This document shows positions 10,121-19,218 of a stretch of 64,000 nt of DNA, piece after piece. Position numbers and translations under genes: made by a program. The stretch comes from Pseudomonadota bacterium. Its GTDB lineage: Bacteria; Pseudomonadota; Alphaproteobacteria; Paracaedibacterales; CAITNM01. Position 1 is the stretch's first letter. Each line of letters starts with the position of its first letter. The stretch lies in the NCBI GenBank assembly GCA_018062345.1, contig JAGOSL010000002.1, forward strand, positions 130,192 to 194,191, in the 5' to 3' direction. The notes beneath the pieces are model-generated. The model worked only from the letters and a program-made list of their open reading frames with translations, was not told where the DNA came from and did no database searches.

Positions 10121-11107
10121 CTATAGTGCTCCAAATCCATAAAGGTCAAGCCAACGTGTGTCACCATTGTAAAAGGATCTGATGTCATCAATTCCGTATT
10201 TCAACATAGTGAATCGATCAACGCCCATGCCGAAAGCAAATCCTTGAAATTTATTTGGGTCAATGCCGCAATTTTCAAGAACTGTTGGGTGAATCATGCC
10301 GCAGCCTAATACTTCAAGCCACTTGCCATTCTTCCATGAGATATCAACTTCTGCAGATGGTTCAGTGAAAGGAAAAAAACTAGGTCGAAAACGTAAATTT
10401 AGGTCTGGATTTTCAAAAAACCACCTACAAAAATCAATAAGTGTACCTTTGAGATGGCCAAAATGAATACCTTCCTCAATAACAACCCCTTCAATTTGGT
10501 GAAACATCGGTGTGTGAGTTGCATCCAAATCATCACTGCGAAAAACTCTACCGGGTGCCAAAAAACGAATAGGAGGCTTGTGATCGCGAAGGGTTCTTAT
10601 TTGCACAGGTGATGTTTGGGTGCGCAAAATATTATCGGATCCCTTAATGTAAAATGTATCATGACTTTGGCGAGCGGGGTGATGCGCAGGAATATTGAGA
10701 GCATCAAAATTTAGTTCTTGCGTTTCGATGTGTGGTCCGTCAAAAACTTGAAAACCAATTTGAGCAAAATATTGAGTAATGTCAGCAATAGCTTTTGAAA
10801 TGGGGTGGATCTTTCCAATAAATTCTGGCCTTGCTGGCAGGGTTATATCAATCCTTTCGTGAGCCAATCGCTGTTCAAGGGCCTGAGTTTCAAGGGAGAC
10901 TTTTTTTTCATCAATTGCTGAACTAATTGTCTCTTTAAGGATATTTATTTCAGTGCCTTTGGCTTTGCGTTCCTCAGCAGGCAGGGATCCAAGAGTCTTT
11001 AATTGTTGGGTTACTAATCCATTTTTACCTAAAAGATGAACTCTGAGATCATCAAGTTCAGACAAATTGGAGGTGGATTGTATTTGATGCAACCATTTTT
11101 CTTGCAT
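10121..11107 (-). CDS. pheS: phenylalanine--tRNA ligase alpha subunit
   Basis: Class II motifs (HPARQSHDTFY, FRPSFFPFTEPSAEVD, GFAFGMGVDR). Start moved to ATG 11107 (MQEKW...) so it does not overlap holC; the track ORF extends to 11134. Confidence 0.92.
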   Translation of the reverse strand: MQEKWLHQIQSTSNLSELDDLRVHLLGKNGLVTQQLKTLGSLPAEERKAKGTEINILKETISSAIDEKKVSLETQALEQRLAHERIDITLPARPEFIGKIHPISKAIADITQYFAQIGFQVFDGPHIETQELNFDALNIPAHHPARQSHDTFYIKGSDNILRTQTSPVQIRTLRDHKPPIRFLAPGRVFRSDDLDATHTPMFHQIEGVVIEEGIHFGHLKGTLIDFCRWFFENPDLNLRFRPSFFPFTEPSAEVDISWKNGKWLEVLGCGMIHPTVLENCGIDPNKFQGFAFGMGVDRFTMLKYGIDDIRSFYNGDTRWLDLYGFGAL

Positions 11108-11111
11108 ATTT

Positions 11112-11561
11112 TTAAATTCCTTTTTCCCATGCACCTTTTAATGTTTGTTTCCACGCGGTGATTTCGTGGCCTGCATCTTTATATTTTTGCATTCTTTCTT
11201 TAGCACTTTGCAAAGCTGATTGATCATTGCCATCGTAAATGTCAAGAATGCGCTGATAATTGTTATCTTTAGCATATTCTTGGGTGGTTATCACTAATAC
11301 TGTTGCATCAATAGGGTTATCATTGCTAGTTGTTAGCCAAATGGGCTGATGCTTGTGAAATTCTTTTGGGTCAGACTTTGAGCCATGGGGTAAAAATCCA
11401 AGAGTAGTATAGGTCCACATAGCGCTATCAATTGATTTTAAGCGTTCTTCACTTTCGATGTGCACAACTGCCTTGAACCCCCCTTCATAAACCTTTTCAA
11501 GAATTTTAGGCAGGGTTTTTTCTAGCGATGTGGCAATGAGTTCATAAAAAGTTACTTGCAT
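11112..11561 (-). CDS. holC: DNA polymerase III chi subunit
   Basis: About 149 aa, begins FYEL... and has SAMWTY...FLPHG typical of HolC. Confidence 0.75.
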   Translation of the reverse strand: MQVTFYELIATSLEKTLPKILEKVYEGGFKAVVHIESEERLKSIDSAMWTYTTLGFLPHGSKSDPKEFHKHQPIWLTTSNDNPIDATVLVITTQEYAKDNNYQRILDIYDGNDQSALQSAKERMQKYKDAGHEITAWKQTLKGAWEKGI

Positions 11562-11569
11562 GAAAATTC

Positions 11570-11803
11570 CTACAGTAACAAAATATCTATGGTGTTATTG
11601 CTAATTTGTGCGAGACCGCTTTTAACTATGAAATTTTGATTGCTATCTACTGATTTTAGATGAATTTCACCTTCAGTGAGTATTACTGACATGGAGGCGT
11701 GATGAGGGCGCACACCAATATTTCCATAAAGGCCTGGTAAGTTTATTTCTTGTGCTGAATCTGAAAAAATAACGGCATCAATAGTGCGTATTGTAACGTT
11801 CAT
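11570..11803 (-). CDS. ATP synthase epsilon (AtpC) N-terminal beta-sandwich-like protein, truncated and stand-alone
   Basis: 77 aa. The pattern INLPGLYGNIGVRPHHASMSVILTEGEIHL...FIVKSGLAQISNNTIDILL matches the epsilon N-domain consensus (lPG.eG..gvlpgHap....L..G.i....f.v.gG). No C-terminal helical hairpin and no atp genes nearby. Confidence 0.55.
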   Translation of the reverse strand: MNVTIRTIDAVIFSDSAQEINLPGLYGNIGVRPHHASMSVILTEGEIHLKSVDSNQNFIVKSGLAQISNNTIDILLL

Positions 11804-12159
11804 GACATAACCATTTTGGAACCCAAATCATTTCCACCTAATAAATGCACATGAAAATGTGGTATTTCTTGTCGGCCGTGAATGCCTGTATTTGCAATGA
11901 GTCGGTACCCATTTTGTTTTAAATTTAATGCGTTGATAGTTGCATTAACGCCCTTCCAAAATCCAATAATTTCTTCTGCTGATGCACGCGCTGAAAAATC
12001 ATGAGCATTTAAATAAGGGCCTTTGGGGATTATTAATGCGTGAGAAGGTGCTTTTGGATGAAGATCGTGAAAACTTAAGAAGTGTTCATCTTCCTCTATT
12101 TTATTGCAAGAAATTTCTTTGCGAAGAATTTTTGCAAAAATATTGTTTGTATCGTACAT
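11800..12159 (-). CDS. HIT-family nucleotide hydrolase (HinT-like)
   Basis: Histidine triad PHFHVHLLGG. IFAKILRKEI N-terminus. 119 aa. Confidence 0.85.
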   Translation of the reverse strand: MYDTNNIFAKILRKEISCNKIEEDEHFLSFHDLHPKAPSHALIIPKGPYLNAHDFSARASAEEIIGFWKGVNATINALNLKQNGYRLIANTGIHGRQEIPHFHVHLLGGNDLGSKMVMS

Positions 12160-12257
12160 TTAAGGTGCCTCGCTCTTAACGCTTAAGCTAGCATTGTCTG
12201 AGATTTGAGACAATATGCGAATCTTACATAAGCATTTTAATTAAGGAATTTATATTT

Positions 12258-12752
12258 ATGCAAAAGAATCTTATCTCTGTGCCAGAAATGAAGCTTGTTG
12301 GTATTACAGCTAGAACAAATTTAGCTTCTGAAATGAATTTAGCAACGGCTAAAATTGGAGCTACTGTGCAAAAATATTTTCAGCAAGGACTATCTGGAAA
12401 AATTCAAAATCGAAAAAAACCTGGGGTAACGTATTGCATTTATACAAATTACGAGAGTGATTTTACAGCAGATTATACGTATTTCATTGGCGAAGAGGTT
12501 GTTGAATTTAAGGACGTAGCGGCTGATTGCGAAACGCTTGTCATACCAGTGCAGCATTATGCAAAATTTACAACTGAGGCAGGACCAATGCCCGCAGTTT
12601 GTATTGGCGCTTGGCAAAAAATATGGGCAATGACAGCGGCTGAATTAGGTGGTGAGCGTGCTTATATTGCTGATTTTGAAATTTATGATGAGCGTGCACT
12701 AGAGCCGCAAAATACAGTGCTTGATATTTATGTTGGGCTTAAAGATTTATAA
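12258..12752 (+). CDS. GyrI-like / AraC effector-binding domain protein
   Basis: 164 aa. The N-terminus (V.EMKLVGITARTN) and size are typical of stand-alone GyrI-like small-molecule-binding domains. Confidence 0.6.
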   Translation: MQKNLISVPEMKLVGITARTNLASEMNLATAKIGATVQKYFQQGLSGKIQNRKKPGVTYCIYTNYESDFTADYTYFIGEEVVEFKDVAADCETLVIPVQHYAKFTTEAGPMPAVCIGAWQKIWAMTAAELGGERAYIADFEIYDERALEPQNTVLDIYVGLKDL

Positions 12753-12958
12753 AAATTTCAGGCTACCTTAAATGTTGATCCACTTTTACCGGAATATTTT
12801 GGTTATAAAAATTATAGACTTCGACCACAGCAAGAAATGTGGAATGTGCAGGTTGGGGGGATTTTTGTCTGATCAAAAAGAAGGGTCATAAGGCTTCATT
12901 CACTGTTTGTTAATGTTTTGTGTATTCTAATAGAACACATGAAGGGGAGCAGAGCTTT

Positions 12959-14149
12959 ATGAAATATATCTTTTTTATGTTAGCTATTATTGCGTTAAAA
13001 GCTGCTGATAATGCTGAGGCGGATAAAACTAGAGCAGATCAGTGCACAGAAGCGCTGAACAAACAACTTGTGGTGACACCGCCTGCGGGTGATTCATTAG
13101 TTGCGTCAAACCATTTTAAAATTCTTATTCTTTTGCAGAGATTAGAAGGTATTTTAAAAGAGAAAAAAGATGTGGTGCTTCCTGAGTTTTCTCCTGTTCG
13201 TCCTTTGAAAGCTGGTGACAAAGATGAAAGCATACTGATTTTACGCCAAATTTTACAATCTTTAGGATATCTTGAAAGCGCTACTAACTCTCCATTTTTT
13301 GATATGGAATTGGAAAAAGCAGTTAAAGCCTTTCAAGCGGGTCATTGCATAGAAGATGATGGAGTGATTGGTGAAGCGACAAAACTAAGACTTAATTGGG
13401 GGTTCCCAAAGCGTTTAGCAATGATAGCCGATAGCATATCAAAAATAAAAAGTTTGGCAACGACGGGCCGTGTGATAATTGTGAATATTCCTACTTATTC
13501 TTTGCACGCTTATGAAGACCAAAAACTAAAAATGAGTATGAAAGTTATTGTTGGAAAACCTAAACGTCCCACTCCTATAATGAAAAGCTACATAGATGGT
13601 ATTGAATATAATCCGGTGTGGGTTGTTCCACACACTATTCTTTTTGAGGACAAATTACCCAAAGTTCAAGAAGATAAAGAATTTTTTCAAAAGAATGATA
13701 TGAAAATTTTTGATCGCAATGAGAATGAGGTGGATCCTGATTCAGTGGATTGGAATGAAATAGATGTAAATGACTTTCCTTATATTTTTAAGCAAAATCC
13801 AGGAAAGAATAATGCTCTTGGTTTGATCAAATTTAATTTACGGAATAACGAACAAATTTATATGCATGACACACCGCATCATGAGCTATTTAAGCAAAAT
13901 TCTCGGGCTTTGTCGTCGGGTTGTATACGGTTGAATCAGCCAGGAAAACTAGCAAGTTGGTTGCTAAATGTTGATAGGGATGAGATAAAAGAGGAACTTG
14001 ATTCGGGAGATACAAGTACGCAGCCTTTAGAGAATAGCGTCACTGTATATATTACTTATATCCCCGTGTGGATTGATGAAGAATTGGGGGATGGAAGAGT
14101 TTTATGGGGAGATGATCCTTATAATCTCGAGCCAAAGCCATTCCATTAG
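12959..14149 (+). CDS. L,D-transpeptidase (YcbB-like) with peptidoglycan-binding domain
   Basis: Signal peptide MKYIFFMLAIIALKA. PG_binding_1-like segment (LRQILQSLGYL...AVKAFQ...DDGVIG). YkuD catalytic motif IYMHDTPHHELF...SSGCIRL. Confidence 0.8.
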   Translation: MKYIFFMLAIIALKAADNAEADKTRADQCTEALNKQLVVTPPAGDSLVASNHFKILILLQRLEGILKEKKDVVLPEFSPVRPLKAGDKDESILILRQILQSLGYLESATNSPFFDMELEKAVKAFQAGHCIEDDGVIGEATKLRLNWGFPKRLAMIADSISKIKSLATTGRVIIVNIPTYSLHAYEDQKLKMSMKVIVGKPKRPTPIMKSYIDGIEYNPVWVVPHTILFEDKLPKVQEDKEFFQKNDMKIFDRNENEVDPDSVDWNEIDVNDFPYIFKQNPGKNNALGLIKFNLRNNEQIYMHDTPHHELFKQNSRALSSGCIRLNQPGKLASWLLNVDRDEIKEELDSGDTSTQPLENSVTVYITYIPVWIDEELGDGRVLWGDDPYNLEPKPFH

Positions 14150-14959
14150 ACCCCAAAAGTGACAGCGGGTGAAAATTTTTATACAGCTATCAGGATCATT
14201 AGGATTCCACTGAACTAAGAGGTTTTGTAAAAATAGTAATCCGATGCATGCGGGGATAATTCCTTTGAGCCCAAGAAACATTATCAAAAACAAATGAAGA
14301 AATACGTTAATTAAACTGAGCCAGATTTTGGGTGAATAGCTCATTATTATTGCTGTTGATTTGATACCAATTTTTAGATCATCTTTGATATCAGCAAACG
14401 CGTAAATTGTATCATAAAAAATTGTCCATAAAATTAAGCTAATAAATAAGCTTAAAAATTTCCATGTCAAAACAAGAGTTGAAGAGTGAGCGACGGCAAT
14501 AAGTAGCCCAATATTAAAAGTGAATCCTAAAAATAGTTGTGGCCAATTGGTTAGACGTTTCATAAATGGATAAATGAGAATCATGCATGCTGCAACAATG
14601 CTTATGTACTTAGCTATTTCACTTAAATGCAGCCACAAAAAAATGCTGATACTAAGGAAGATAGAAATCTCGATTAGGGCTTGTTTTTTTGTGAGTAATT
14701 TTGCAGCTATCGGTCTTAATTTTGTGCGCTTAACTTTGGAATCAAAATTTTTATCGGCGAGATCATTGATAATGCAACCAGCGCTTCGTGTGACTACAGC
14801 ACCAATGAAGAACAAGAGATAATCAAAAAAGCAAGCATGACCAATGGCGAGGCCAAAAAAACACGGCCAAAGCAATAGGAAAATGCCAACGGGTTTATGT
14901 AGGCGAGCAAGATGAATGTATGGTAAAAGCTGTATAGGAATAAAAAATTTTAAATGCAT
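14102..14959 (-). CDS. ubiA: 4-hydroxybenzoate polyprenyltransferase
   Basis: UbiA prenyltransferase motifs (ARLHKPVG, NDLADKNFD, YDTIYAFADIKDD). Multi-TM, 285 aa. Confidence 0.85.
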   Translation of the reverse strand: MHLKFFIPIQLLPYIHLARLHKPVGIFLLLWPCFFGLAIGHACFFDYLLFFIGAVVTRSAGCIINDLADKNFDSKVKRTKLRPIAAKLLTKKQALIEISIFLSISIFLWLHLSEIAKYISIVAACMILIYPFMKRLTNWPQLFLGFTFNIGLLIAVAHSSTLVLTWKFLSLFISLILWTIFYDTIYAFADIKDDLKIGIKSTAIIMSYSPKIWLSLINVFLHLFLIMFLGLKGIIPACIGLLFLQNLLVQWNPNDPDSCIKIFTRCHFWGLMEWLWLEIIRIISP

Positions 14960-15626
14960 GACAAGACTGTATCTTACACAAACCTTGAAGGCTGGGCAAA
15001 TTATTGAATTAAGTAAAGACCAGCGTCATTATTTGGAGAAAGTTTTACGATTTAAAAGTGGTGAATATTTTCTTGGTTTTAACGAAAAAAATGGTGAATG
15101 GAAAATTATTTTTGAAAAGCCGGACTACAAATGTATTAATCAAACACGAGAATCTTTGACAACTCAAACTTGCTGGTTAGCTTTTTCACCACTGAAACAC
15201 GATGCAATGAATTTTCTTATTGAGAAAGCAACAGAGCTTGGGGTAACAGATTTTCAACCCATTATTTGTGAGCGCACCAATAGTCATCGCATTAATATCG
15301 AGCGTTTGACAAAAAATGTTATTGAGGCATCGCAACAATGTGAGCGATTTGATGTGCCAAGAATACATGAAGCTATAGATTTAAAGAAATTTTTAAAAGA
15401 ACTGCCTACTGACATTGATTGGTATGCGGCGGTGGAAAGATCAGATGTTGAGCATGTAAAATTTGTCTTTCCTGCTGGATTTATTATTGGTCCGGAAGGA
15501 GGGTGGTCAGCAGAAGAGCAACTAATACTGAAAAAATTCTCTAAACCAATTTCTCTAGGTGCAAATATTTTGCGTGCGGAAACAGCAGCAGTTGTTTGCT
15601 TGGGGGCGAAAATTTTTCAGAAGTAA
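14958..15626 (+). CDS. rsmE: 16S rRNA (uracil1498-N3)-methyltransferase
   Basis: RsmE pattern: MTRLYL start, IEKATELGV, C-terminal GPEGGWS..E......LG..ILRAETA. ATG 14958 preferred over 14916. Confidence 0.8.
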   Translation: MTRLYLTQTLKAGQIIELSKDQRHYLEKVLRFKSGEYFLGFNEKNGEWKIIFEKPDYKCINQTRESLTTQTCWLAFSPLKHDAMNFLIEKATELGVTDFQPIICERTNSHRINIERLTKNVIEASQQCERFDVPRIHEAIDLKKFLKELPTDIDWYAAVERSDVEHVKFVFPAGFIIGPEGGWSAEEQLILKKFSKPISLGANILRAETAAVVCLGAKIFQK

Positions 15627-15635
15627 TTTTATTTA

Positions 15636-16154
15636 TTACTGAAATCGCTGCTTGAGCTTTTTTGCATTACGAAAATTATCGAGAAGCAATAGCCCAACAC
15701 CCAGAACGATGGCTGAGTCTGCTAAGTTGAAAGTGTACCAGTGCCATCCAAAAACATGAAAATCAATAAAATCAACAACTGCTCGCAAACGTACACGATC
15801 AACTAAATTTCCTAATGCTCCAAATAAAATGATTGCTGTAGCATAGCGCTGAAGTATGGTTTCTGCTTTCCACCACCATACAGTAACTAGGCATATAAGC
15901 ATGAAAACGGCAAGTACTAATAGAATGTAGTGTATGTTTGAATATGCGTGCAGTAAACCAAATGTTATGCCAGGGTTAAATGCCAGCACAAAATTTAGAC
16001 ATGAGCATATGCTTAAGGTTTCGCTGGAACTTACATTTTCGAGTACCCAGAATTTTGAGATTTGATCTAAAAGCAAAACAAGGCATCCAATTAAGAGGCT
16101 ACCTTTTTTTGGGAGGATTTTTTCTTTAAAAATGCGCATGAATAACCTCATCAC
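15636..16154 (-). CDS. lspA: lipoprotein signal peptidase II
   Basis: DQISK...NPG..FG...GNL.DR...VVDF and FNLAD motifs, 4 TM. Overlaps the ileS 3' end; the true start may be the internal ATG at 16139. Confidence 0.85.
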   Translation of the reverse strand: MMRLFMRIFKEKILPKKGSLLIGCLVLLLDQISKFWVLENVSSSETLSICSCLNFVLAFNPGITFGLLHAYSNIHYILLVLAVFMLICLVTVWWWKAETILQRYATAIILFGALGNLVDRVRLRAVVDFIDFHVFGWHWYTFNLADSAIVLGVGLLLLDNFRNAKKLKQRFQ

Positions 16155-18924
16155 AACGTTTGCATAAGTCTGGCTCGCGCTGAGATCCTACTTCTTTTAG
16201 TATTTTCCAACAACGATTACACTTTTGCCCTTCTGCTATTTCTATAGCAACACCAATTCCGCGAACGTCTTCTAATGTAAATGCATTGGCTGGAATTTGG
16301 GCGTGTACTATTTGCAGTTGAGATGCAATTGCAAGTTCAGCCCAATCAATATTATCCAGGCGGTCTGACCACTCTGAACAAACATACATGATGACGTTTG
16401 CTTGCAAGCTTGAGCCAATTGTTTTTGCAGCACGCTCTACTTCGAGTGCTCCGGTTAATACTCTTCTGATATTGCGCAAATCTTCCCATTTAGAAGCTAT
16501 GGAAGGGTTTTCCCATTGACGTGGAGTCTCTGGAAAAAGCTGGGCGTGAATGCTGCTTGGTTCTTCGCTTTCTTGGTGAGCATGCCAAGCTTCTTCTGAT
16601 GTAAAGCTTAATACAGGGGCTAACCAATGGATTAAATGCATGAACGTATGGTGCATGACGTTCAAAGTGGCTAGGCGCTTTGGTGCATTTTGTGCATCGC
16701 AATAGAGGCTGTCTTTGCGAATATCAAAATAAAATGCTGATAAGTCAGTAGCACAAAATGTATGTAATTCACTGTAAAAAGCGGCAAAATCATAAGTTTT
16801 GAAAAGTTTTTGATGGCTTTTTTTAAGATCGCTTAAACGGTGTAATACCCATTGTTCAAGGTTAGGTAATTCTTCATAAGGTATTTCTTGATAAGAATAG
16901 CCAGAAAGTGCGCCCAAAAGGTAACGTAGGGTATTGCGAAATCGTCGGTAAACATCTTCGTGATGTTTTAGAATTTCTTTGCCTATGCGAACATCGTCTG
17001 TGTAATCGGAGCTTGCAACCCAAAGGCGTAACATGTCAGCGCCCATAGCGTTGATTACTTGTTGTGGTTCAACCCCATTGCCTTGAGATTTTGACATCTT
17101 GTAGCCTTTTTCATCGAGCACAAAACCATGTGTAAGTACTTGGCGAAACGGTGCTTGGCCTCGTGTTCCGCATGACTGTAGTAAGGACGTTTGAAACCAT
17201 CCACGATGCTGGTCTGAACCTTCAAAATACATATCTGCTGGCCAATGCATATTTGGATTATTTTCTAAAACAAAAGTATGAGTGCATGCGCTATCAAACC
17301 AGACATCTAAAATATCATTGGCTTTTTCAAAATCATCTGCTTTGTATTCGTTGCCTAAGAAATACGAGCTATCATGCTTGTGCCAAGCTGCAATGCCTTC
17401 TTTTGAAATAGCATCAACAATGCGTTGATGGACTGCTTCATCACGTAGAACATCGCCAGTTGTTTTATTTACAAATACGGTAATAGGCACACCCCAAGTG
17501 CGCTGACGTGATAAACACCAGTCTGGCCTATTTGTTACCATTGCTGAAATGCGATTCTTTCCTTGGGATGGGAACCACCTAACTTTATCAATTTCTTGCA
17601 TGGCTTTCTTTCGCAAATCATTGCGATCCATAGAAATAAACCATTGTGACGTTGCTCGATAAATGAGTGGTGTTTTTGATCGCCAAGAATGGGGGTAGCT
17701 ATGAAGCAATTTGCTTGCATGCAAAAGAGTGTGAACTTCTCTTAATGCTTCTAATACATCTGGTCCAACTTTGAAAATATGTTTGCCAGCAAATAATGGA
17801 ACATGCGCATAGTATACACCATCACCTTGTACAGTTTCTGGTACTTCTAAATTAAATTCTTGACCAACGGTGAAATCTTCAATGCCGTGACCAGGAGCTG
17901 TGTGTACAAGGCCTGTACCTGCTTCGGTTGTGACATGTTCCCCTGGCAATAAGGGCACATCAAAATCGTAACCTTTACCATGCCATGGGTGATGACAAAT
18001 TGTTTCTTTTAATTCTTCTCCATTCACATGCCCAACAATCCCGTAATTTGTAATTCCTAGTGTTGTTACAACGTCTGCGATTAAATCCTTTGCTAGCAGC
18101 AAACGCATGCCTACAGAAATTAAATCAGTGCCTTTTAAAACTTCGATAACTGAATAGGTGTAATCTTTTCCGTAAGCAATGGCTCGATTGCCTGGCAATG
18201 TCCACGGAGTTGTTGTCCAGATTACAGCATGAGCATTCTTCAGAATTTCAATGTTTGTTTTTTGAATGGGAAAGGCGACAAAAATTGCATCACTAGTGTG
18301 GTTGTGATATTCAACTTCTGCTTCGGCTAGAGCTGTTTTTTCAACGACAGACCACATTACAGGCTTAAGTCCTCGATACAATCCGCCATTCATTAAGAAT
18401 TTACCAAGTTCAGCTGTAATTTGAGCTTCACTTTTAAAATCCATAGTAACGTAAGGATTTTGCCAATCTGCTATTATGCCAAAGCGTTGAAATTCTTCTG
18501 ATTGTGTGGCGATCCACTTATTTGCATAGGTGCGGCAAGATTCAATATATTCTAAAATATTGATATCTTCTTTGCGTTGATTTTTAGCTTTATATTGTTC
18601 TTCGACCTTCAGCTCAATTGGCAGGCCGTGGCAATCCCAGCCTGGAATAAATGGAGCGTCATATCCAGCCATTTGATAGCTTTTGTTTACCAAGTCTTTC
18701 AATATGTAGGAAAGCGCGTGACCGCAATGCAAGTGACCGTTTGCGTAAGGTGGGCCCCAGTGCAAAATGAATTTTTTCTGGCCCTTTGATTTTTCACGAA
18801 GTGTTTTATAAAGATCAATTTTTTGCCAGTAAGCAAGAAAATCTTTTTCGCGAACGGCTAAATTTGCTTTCATAGAAAACGGTGTTTTTGGCAAAAAAAC
18901 CGTGTCTTTATAATCCCTTGTCAT
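16126..18924 (-). CDS. ileS: isoleucine--tRNA ligase
   Basis: PPYANGHLHCGHAL (HIGH), KMSKS, C-terminal Zn-ribbon CNRCW..CKRC. 932 aa. Confidence 0.95.
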   Translation of the reverse strand: MTRDYKDTVFLPKTPFSMKANLAVREKDFLAYWQKIDLYKTLREKSKGQKKFILHWGPPYANGHLHCGHALSYILKDLVNKSYQMAGYDAPFIPGWDCHGLPIELKVEEQYKAKNQRKEDINILEYIESCRTYANKWIATQSEEFQRFGIIADWQNPYVTMDFKSEAQITAELGKFLMNGGLYRGLKPVMWSVVEKTALAEAEVEYHNHTSDAIFVAFPIQKTNIEILKNAHAVIWTTTPWTLPGNRAIAYGKDYTYSVIEVLKGTDLISVGMRLLLAKDLIADVVTTLGITNYGIVGHVNGEELKETICHHPWHGKGYDFDVPLLPGEHVTTEAGTGLVHTAPGHGIEDFTVGQEFNLEVPETVQGDGVYYAHVPLFAGKHIFKVGPDVLEALREVHTLLHASKLLHSYPHSWRSKTPLIYRATSQWFISMDRNDLRKKAMQEIDKVRWFPSQGKNRISAMVTNRPDWCLSRQRTWGVPITVFVNKTTGDVLRDEAVHQRIVDAISKEGIAAWHKHDSSYFLGNEYKADDFEKANDILDVWFDSACTHTFVLENNPNMHWPADMYFEGSDQHRGWFQTSLLQSCGTRGQAPFRQVLTHGFVLDEKGYKMSKSQGNGVEPQQVINAMGADMLRLWVASSDYTDDVRIGKEILKHHEDVYRRFRNTLRYLLGALSGYSYQEIPYEELPNLEQWVLHRLSDLKKSHQKLFKTYDFAAFYSELHTFCATDLSAFYFDIRKDSLYCDAQNAPKRLATLNVMHHTFMHLIHWLAPVLSFTSEEAWHAHQESEEPSSIHAQLFPETPRQWENPSIASKWEDLRNIRRVLTGALEVERAAKTIGSSLQANVIMYVCSEWSDRLDNIDWAELAIASQLQIVHAQIPANAFTLEDVRGIGVAIEIAEGQKCNRCWKILKEVGSQREPDLCKRCDEVIHAHF

Positions 18925-19218
18925 AAAAAAACTTTTTCGTTTGATTCTTATTTCTAAACGGTTTTTAAGGTTTTTGAAACCCTAATTTAAGAAGGGGGGG
19001 ATCAATAAAAGACAACCACAACAATATTAGGTTATTTTTAAACTACGATTTTCATTAAAGATTCAGATAATTAAGTACGCGCATTGCTTTTCTCGATTTG
19101 CACACCTTCTTCGTAGGATCAAGATGGCGTGCCTAAACATGACTTGAAAAGAACTCAAGAGATGTGATTGACGCTTTTCTTGTGTCTTTCTAAATATATT
19201 CTTGAATGTTTTTAGACG

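Noticed and set aside
16490-18789. Several 60-90 aa antisense or alternative-frame ORFs inside ileS, with similar ones inside pheT, mutS, pnp, the secretin and other long genes
   Set aside because: They are nested in long, well-supported genes. They are typical shadow ORFs with no independent evidence.
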